NCBI GenBank assembly: GCA_964016885.1
Contig: OZ024745.1
Location: 54,436,001-54,500,000 of the forward strand
Reading direction: 5' to 3'
DNA length: 64,000 nucleotides
DNA from: Eledone cirrhosa
Lineage: Eukaryota
Shown: one piece after another, positions 57,693 through 64,000 of the stretch
How positions within the stretch are numbered: position 1 is the stretch's first letter
How the letters are laid out: each line of letters starts with the position of its first letter
Made by a program: the position numbers and the translations under genes
Notes under the pieces: model-generated
Database searches by the model: none
What the model was told of the DNA's origin: nothing
The model's input: only the letters and a program-made list of their open reading frames with translations

Positions 57693-58037
57693 CAGTAAAA
57701 TTCCGATATAACGAAATTCACGGAGTGTAAAAAAAAATCGAACGTTTGTTTATATTAACTCGCATTTAAAAATTAATCAATAATTTCGTAAATTCATTAC
57801 AATTGTTTGTTTGTATGTGTTTGTTTGTATGTAAACATTTATATGTATGAGTATATAAATATAAATACACATACACTCACACAAAACACACACATGTCGC
57901 TGCGAGAAAGAGTGTGTCGAAAAGCTTTTTTGTTTTCGTTGTAAGCAAGGAATTTTGGCTGCTTGGGGTTCAATTTTCGTTCGTTGTATTGAAATATTCG
58001 TTGTAATGAATTTCGTTATAACGAGATACTTTTATCG
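57693..58037. mobile_element. Degenerate pogo/Tigger-like MITE
   Basis: TA|CAGTAAAATTCCGATATAACGAAATTCA versus TGAATTTCGTTATAACGAGATACTTTTA. Confidence 0.5.
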
Positions 58038-58528
58038 TTGTTTAAATTCAGCCTATTCCATTCTCGTGAGACCATGAACAGGTGTGTGTGTTGTGGAGGA
58101 GGGACATTAGGGAAATAGAGAAATCAGTGACGAAAGAAAAGTAAAAAAAAAAAAAAATGTAAATCACAATCGGGGTGAGAATAAGATGGAATTGGAACAA
58201 CTATGGGATCATGGATAATATGAAAATCATATAGTTGTTATTGTTGATTTATATATATATGGAAATGATGATGGAGGGTACTGTAGCAGGAAGGTCAATG
58301 ATGTAAACTGTATTTTACGGGCTTGTGAGGATGCTGAGATAGTTTTTAAATATATTTTTGTCTCCATCCAGCTAGAATCTGTGTCTGTGTGTTGGTTCTG
58401 GTTGTAGGTTGAAGTTCAGCTGTCATTGTCTTTTGATTAATGCCGAGAAAAAAAGAAAGATGTATGGCATATATCTAAGATTTGTATTATCTGAGTGGCG
58501 TTGGATGTGGATGTTGTGTATGTTTTGC

Positions 58529-58659
<131 letters not shown>

Positions 58660-58671
58660 CATGTACATATG

Positions 58672-58733
<62 letters not shown>

Positions 58734-58741
58734 TATACATA

Positions 58742-58944
58742 TATAAGTTTTAATATAGATGAGATTCTACAGGACTAGAACTGTTTCATTCTTTAGAAAT
58801 CATCAGGAGATTCCTGATGATTTCTAAAGAATGAAACAGTTCTAGTCCTGTAGAATCTCATCTATATTAAAACTTTTATACTCTGCAATGTATTGAGTAC
58901 CTTACTTACTGTGGTTACCTCCGATTCAACCCGGAATAACAGAC

Positions 58945-58945
<1 letters not shown>
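58742..58945 (+). mobile_element. Fold-back Penelope-like element, family HP3
   Basis: Perfect palindrome ~58744-58875 centred on GAT at 58809-58811, then a ~65-bp tail; (TA)n flanks. Confidence 0.85.
58807..58859 (+). ncRNA. Type I hammerhead ribozyme
   Basis: Stem I GAGATTC/GAATCTC, core CTGATGA, stem II TTC-TAAA-GAA (closing pair is a T-T mismatch), GAAA, stem III CAG/CTG, cleavage triplet GTA. Confidence 0.8.
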
Positions 58946-59000
<55 letters not shown>

Positions 59001-59079
59001 CATATATATATATATACACATTATATATATATATATATATGTATATATATTATACATATATATACATATATATATATAT

Positions 59080-59280
59080 ATAGGAAAAAGTATGACCCCG
59101 ACGGCAGAGCTCAAGCCGTTTCGACGGCTATTTCTGGAAATAGTCCAGAAATAGCCGTCGAAACGGCTTGAGCTCTGTCGCCGGGGTCATACTTTTTCCT
59201 ATTACCCACTCTACTAGCCTAAGAATTGAGTACTCTGGTGCGTTATGGTCCATCTGGTTCCTTACCACAATTCCTTCGTT
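59080..59280 (+). mobile_element. Family HP copy 5 (subfamily B)
   Basis: Palindrome 59080-59202 with loop AATAG, then tail; (TA)n flanks. Confidence 0.87.
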
Positions 59281-59430
59281 ATATATATATATATATATAT
59301 ATACATGTGTGTGTGCGCGCATATATATACATATATATTTATATATAAATGTATATTATATATATGTATACATATATAAATGTATATTATATATATGTAT
59401 ACATAAATGTATATTATATATATGTATACA

Positions 59431-59497
<67 letters not shown>

Positions 59498-59634
59498 TAA
59501 TAAAAATAATGAATAAAAACAAAGAAACAGTTCCTTATATTAAAAAATTCATCATTTTACGATCGTTTCTAGGATATATATGTGTGTGTTGGTATGTATA
59601 TCATATAGATCTATGTAAAATTTATATATATTAA

Positions 59635-59708
<74 letters not shown>

Positions 59709-59721
59709 CATATATATATAC

Positions 59722-59771
<50 letters not shown>

Positions 59772-59842
59772 TTAAGTATGTACACGTACATACATATATG
59801 TATACAGATGTACAGTAGTATGTATATATATATACATACATG

Positions 59843-59891
<49 letters not shown>

Positions 59892-60037
59892 GTGCATATA
59901 TATATGTGTGCATGCATGTATATACATATACATACTACTGTACGTCTGTATACATATATGTATGTACGTGTACATACTTATATTTAAATAACAGCCGTAC
60001 TAAGAGTGGGAAATGAAATTTCGTTTCATTTTTTTCC

Positions 60038-60090
<53 letters not shown>

Positions 60091-60092
<2 letters not shown>

Positions 60093-60370
60093 TGAAGAGA
60101 GGAGCCCCTTCGGACCACTCCCCTCCGAGGGTCAAGTCCGGGCAAGTCTGATAGTGGAAGACCAGCAGTTGCCCATGCATACCAGCCTCCTCTCTCCAAC
60201 CCACCGATACTTTCCAATGGCCCATACAGCTTGGCACCTGTGACGTCCAGCAGAGAAAATCTGGACCAACGTGAAAATAAAGTGTCTTTCTCACGGATAC
60301 AACGTATCAGCCGGTCCGAGAATCGAACTCACAAACTCCCGATTGCAAGCGCAATGTTCTAGCCGCTAAG
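60091..60370 (-). mobile_element. Family-2 SINE
   Basis: Minus strand GAGTTCGATTCTCGGACCGG..GAGAAAGACACTTTATTTTCACGTTG is homologous to 20008-20075. Confidence 0.65.
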
Positions 60371-60586
60371 AAATATATTAGGTTCACGGTTGAAATAAAT
60401 ACACACACAAAGACACAGACACACACTCACACATAGACACCCCCACACACGCATATATGTATTTAAAAAGTTAAACTAATATATTTCTTCCATATATTAT
60501 ACCGTTTGCTTTGCTATTCCTGTTTAACTTTTACACACCCACATGGACACCCCACACACACACATGTATATATATATATATATATA

Positions 60587-61501
60587 CAGGGTGTTCGGGA
60601 TAAATTTGACAGTTTCATCAGGAAAAAGAAAAAGTGCTTGGTATCTACAAATTTTATTTGATTTAAAAGAAATTCAATGGACAAGGAAATTACACTATTG
60701 TCAAAGAGTTTTACTCAAAATAACCGCCATTAGCGTCTATTACAGCCTCAATCCGGGCCCAGAACCTGGAGCAAGCTGATTTTACACTTTCCCTGGGAAG
60801 GCCCTCAAAAACTACTTTAATTCTGTCGATTAACTGGGCTTTTGCAGTACTGGCACGGCGATTGGTGTCTTTCTCTACAGCGCCCCATACATAATAGTCC
60901 ATCGGGTTAAGATCAGGGGAGTTCGGAGGCCAAACATTGGGACTGGTGTAGTCGTAAAAATTGGCTGACAACCATTTTTGACTTTTCCACGAGGTGTGGC
61001 AGGGGGCCGAATCCTGCTGCCATACATACGGCCTATTATTGGCTACCCTTGTTATCCAGGGCTTAACTACAGTGGTTAGCAATTCCACGTAGGCATCTGA
61101 ATTCCAATGCCAGGGTCCTCCAACACTTTTTTCTGCAGATTTTCGATGAATTCTGCTGTGCGAGAGCAATCAGATCTTCTGTTATGTTTCTTTCTTCTAG
61201 CCACAGCCTCGTAGTCTCCATTGCAATTCTTCAGTTCATGCCGGATTGTTTTTACAGTGTTCAGGGAGCATTGAGCAGCGACCGTAATCTCCTTATTTTC
61301 ATGGCCGGCGCGAATCATCATGATATAAGTTATTCTCTTCCATGATTCAGGTGGCTCCCAGTCATCCATTCTCGTTGTCATCACATATATGAATGAAGGA
61401 GGGTTTAAACTTTCAAATAAAGCCTAGTAGGCATGAATAAATTTAAAACATCTGAAAAAACAACCAAATATTATTCTGTCAAATTTATCCCGAACACCCT
61501 G
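60587..61501 (-). mobile_element. Tc1/mariner DD37D (maT) DNA transposon, internally deleted
   Basis: Perfect 26-bp TIRs CAGGGTGTTCGGGATAAATTTGACAG flanked by TA; N-terminal HTH region; QQD..(37 aa)..SPDLNPMD; the first catalytic D region is deleted near 61100. Confidence 0.93.
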
Positions 61502-61520
61502 TATATATATATATATATAT

Positions 61521-61711
61521 AACGAAGGAAATGTGGTAAGGAACCAGGTGGACCATAACGCACCAAATTACTCAATACTTAGTGTAGTAGAGTGGGTAAT
61601 AGGAACGAGTAGGACCCCGACGGCTGAGCTCAAGCCGTTTCGACGGCTAATTCAGTCCAGAATTAGCCGTCGAAACGGATTGAGCTCAGCCGTCGGGGTC
61701 CTACTCGTTCC

Positions 61712-61714
<3 letters not shown>
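61521..61714 (-). mobile_element. Family HP copy 6 (subfamily A)
   Basis: Tail plus palindrome ~61599-61714 with loop AGTCCA; (TA)n flanks. Confidence 0.87.
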
Positions 61715-61789
<75 letters not shown>

Positions 61790-63511
61790 TAGAGTTAGTC
61801 CTTCATCAGTTCATCAGTATATATTTATATATATATAAATATTGCGTGTTTCGAAAATTCTCGAGGCGACGCCTGAGTGTATTTGAAACGCAAGGAACAG
61901 TCATGAAAACAGCTGAATACTGGATAAAAGCAATGGACAGTGATTGATATGGAGGGACGGAAATGTGTGGGCTTGGTGAAACATATAGGTGATTGAGAGG
62001 ATAGTGTATTGGCACGTAAGTGTGATAATAAAGAAGAAGGAAAACAAGTGGAGATTTAGGTTACAATAAGAGTCGAGATAAAAGATACAAACCTTACAAA
62101 ACTGTGCAAAATCACTGAGGCATCTAAAATCTCATCAGCTCTCACTTGGCATCCAGTTTTGCATGATTATATGAGAGGACGGCATTTTGTTATGTCAACT
62201 CGTGCAGCAGAAAATAAATAAACAAAACAAAAAAAAAAGAACAGACAGACGAACAGACTGTCTAATCAGGGAGCGAGAGAAAGTGCGCTGGACCAATAAC
62301 GTGCCACAAGCAAAAAGGAAAATCACAACCCTAGTAATCTTTACTTGTTTTCCTTTCCCCCTGTTTCACTCCTACGTGCCAATACACTTATGTCTCAAAC
62401 CTGTTTACATTTAATATACCTTTTCCCTACCTCACAACTTCTCGTTCCACTATCGCGCTCACTGGCCACAGTATTTTTACCCGACTTCCTTGCTGTTGTC
62501 ATTAACAGTATTCAGCCAACTTATTTTCCTCTTTCTCTCGTATACACATATATGTGAGAGTCGTAATTTACTTGAAGTTTTGTGGAATATGTAAAGTGTG
62601 AACGATTTCGAAGCCGCCAAAACATATTCATTGTGCATATAGACTCATTCAAACCCGACCTTGTAGAAATCAACCAAGCTTGCGAAAAAAAAAAGACCTG
62701 GCTGCTGAAGCAATAGACCATTTCATAGGGAGCGTTGAAGGTGTGACTTGTGTTCAGTTGGAATACTGTCGATCGTAATCAGAATCTGCTTATACTCACA
62801 ACATGACTGGATCTATAATTTCCAACACCAAGCATTACACATTTCTCTAAATACAATATATCTGTCATCCCATGCGGTAATCCTATTTATCTATACCTCT
62901 GTCCTTAGCTACACTACATCTCGTAGTAACCCAACCGCAATACAGCTACACTATGATCCTAGCTTAGCTCCAACACTTAACGCTATAAATGAAACCTAAG
63001 TATCTACTAATCCGTATATGTCTAGAACACTTAATATAAACATAAATAACCATCCATTCTGAGTACTAAATTCACCACATACGCAGTTGTAACAATACAT
63101 AAGAGAGAGATAATATTGGCAGAAAAAGGTGGATTTCTCACAAGTATGCCTCAACATAATTTGATCTCTCGTTTCCCCATATACAACAAATATAACCCAT
63201 ACACTTTGTTTCACACCAACACAGCACGAAACATTTCATCCATCCATCTTATCTATCCCTCCTACATGGTCATTTATATGAATCTTGATTTCTACAGAAA
63301 AAATTAACTTATCTTGACCAAAACACTATACAAACCACAGGCAGATATCAAAGGACAAGCAAAGATTCTGGTGTTACACAAAGACACAACAACTATTACA
63401 TATGACTTTGATAGAGATGGAAGATGTTTAATTTACTGGCCGATATTAGCTTTCCGATCATTTTTTTTTCTTCTCGTCTCATCATCTACCTTTAAGTGTT
63501 TGAGCAATAAT

Positions 63512-63698
63512 TGTTTCTACTTTTAGCACGAGGCCAGCAATTATCACAGTGCATTACTGGTACTTTATTTTATCGACCCCGTAAGGATGAAAGGCAAAGT
63601 TAACCTCGACGGGATTTGATCTCAGACCGTAAAGGGACCTAACTATGCTGCAAAGCATGGCGTCCAACCCTCTACCGATACTGCCAATTCACCGCCCT
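63512..63698 (-). mobile_element. Full-length family-1 SINE with target-site duplication
   Basis: Starts AGGGCGGTGAATTGGCAGTATCGG; TSD TGTTT(G/T)AGCAATAAT at 63497-63511 and 63699-63713. Confidence 0.9.
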
Positions 63699-64000
63699 TG
63701 TTTTAGCAATAATATTGACTTGTCACCCATTAACTTGTCTCAATCAATCTTCGAAAGAGGACAGCATAAATGAACATGTATAGCCACTCCCTAAAAATAA
63801 ATTATAAACGCACAGCAATGATTGGCTGACTGTCACAACCAACCCATCCCACAATCCCATAAACAACGTTTAGTCAATTTTCTATTGATGCCCATAGTTA
63901 TTTCCATACACCTATATATTTCTTTTTCCCGACCAAACGAATAATAATTATATTTACACTTTTTTCCAGAGAGATGCAGTTACGATATTTCTTGCAAATT

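Overview
AT-rich eukaryotic repeat DNA with abundant (TA)n, (CA)n, (CT)n, (ATCT)n and (ATT)n microsatellites. The repeat content suggests an octopus or other cephalopod genome (inference). I recognised no host protein-coding gene; most listed ORFs are microsatellite artefacts. Main contents: (1) a full-length but disabled R2-clade retrotransposon (minus, ~20391-25001; three zinc fingers, Myb, RT, RLE) with a candidate HDV-like 5' ribozyme and no flanking rDNA; (2) a ~17-kb nest at (ATT)n repeats (28.5-45.1 kb) of Tx1/L1-type elements (plus) and R4/Dong-type elements (minus), including a 1653-bp chimeric tandem duplication; (3) many short Penelope-type elements in (TA)n, built as an inverted arm plus a unique tail and carrying whole or half hammerhead ribozymes, with six copies of one family, plus a Penelope GIY-YIG remnant; (4) a DD37D (maT) transposon, MITEs, tRNA-derived SINEs and RTE/CR1 fragments. 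All structure calls were made by eye.
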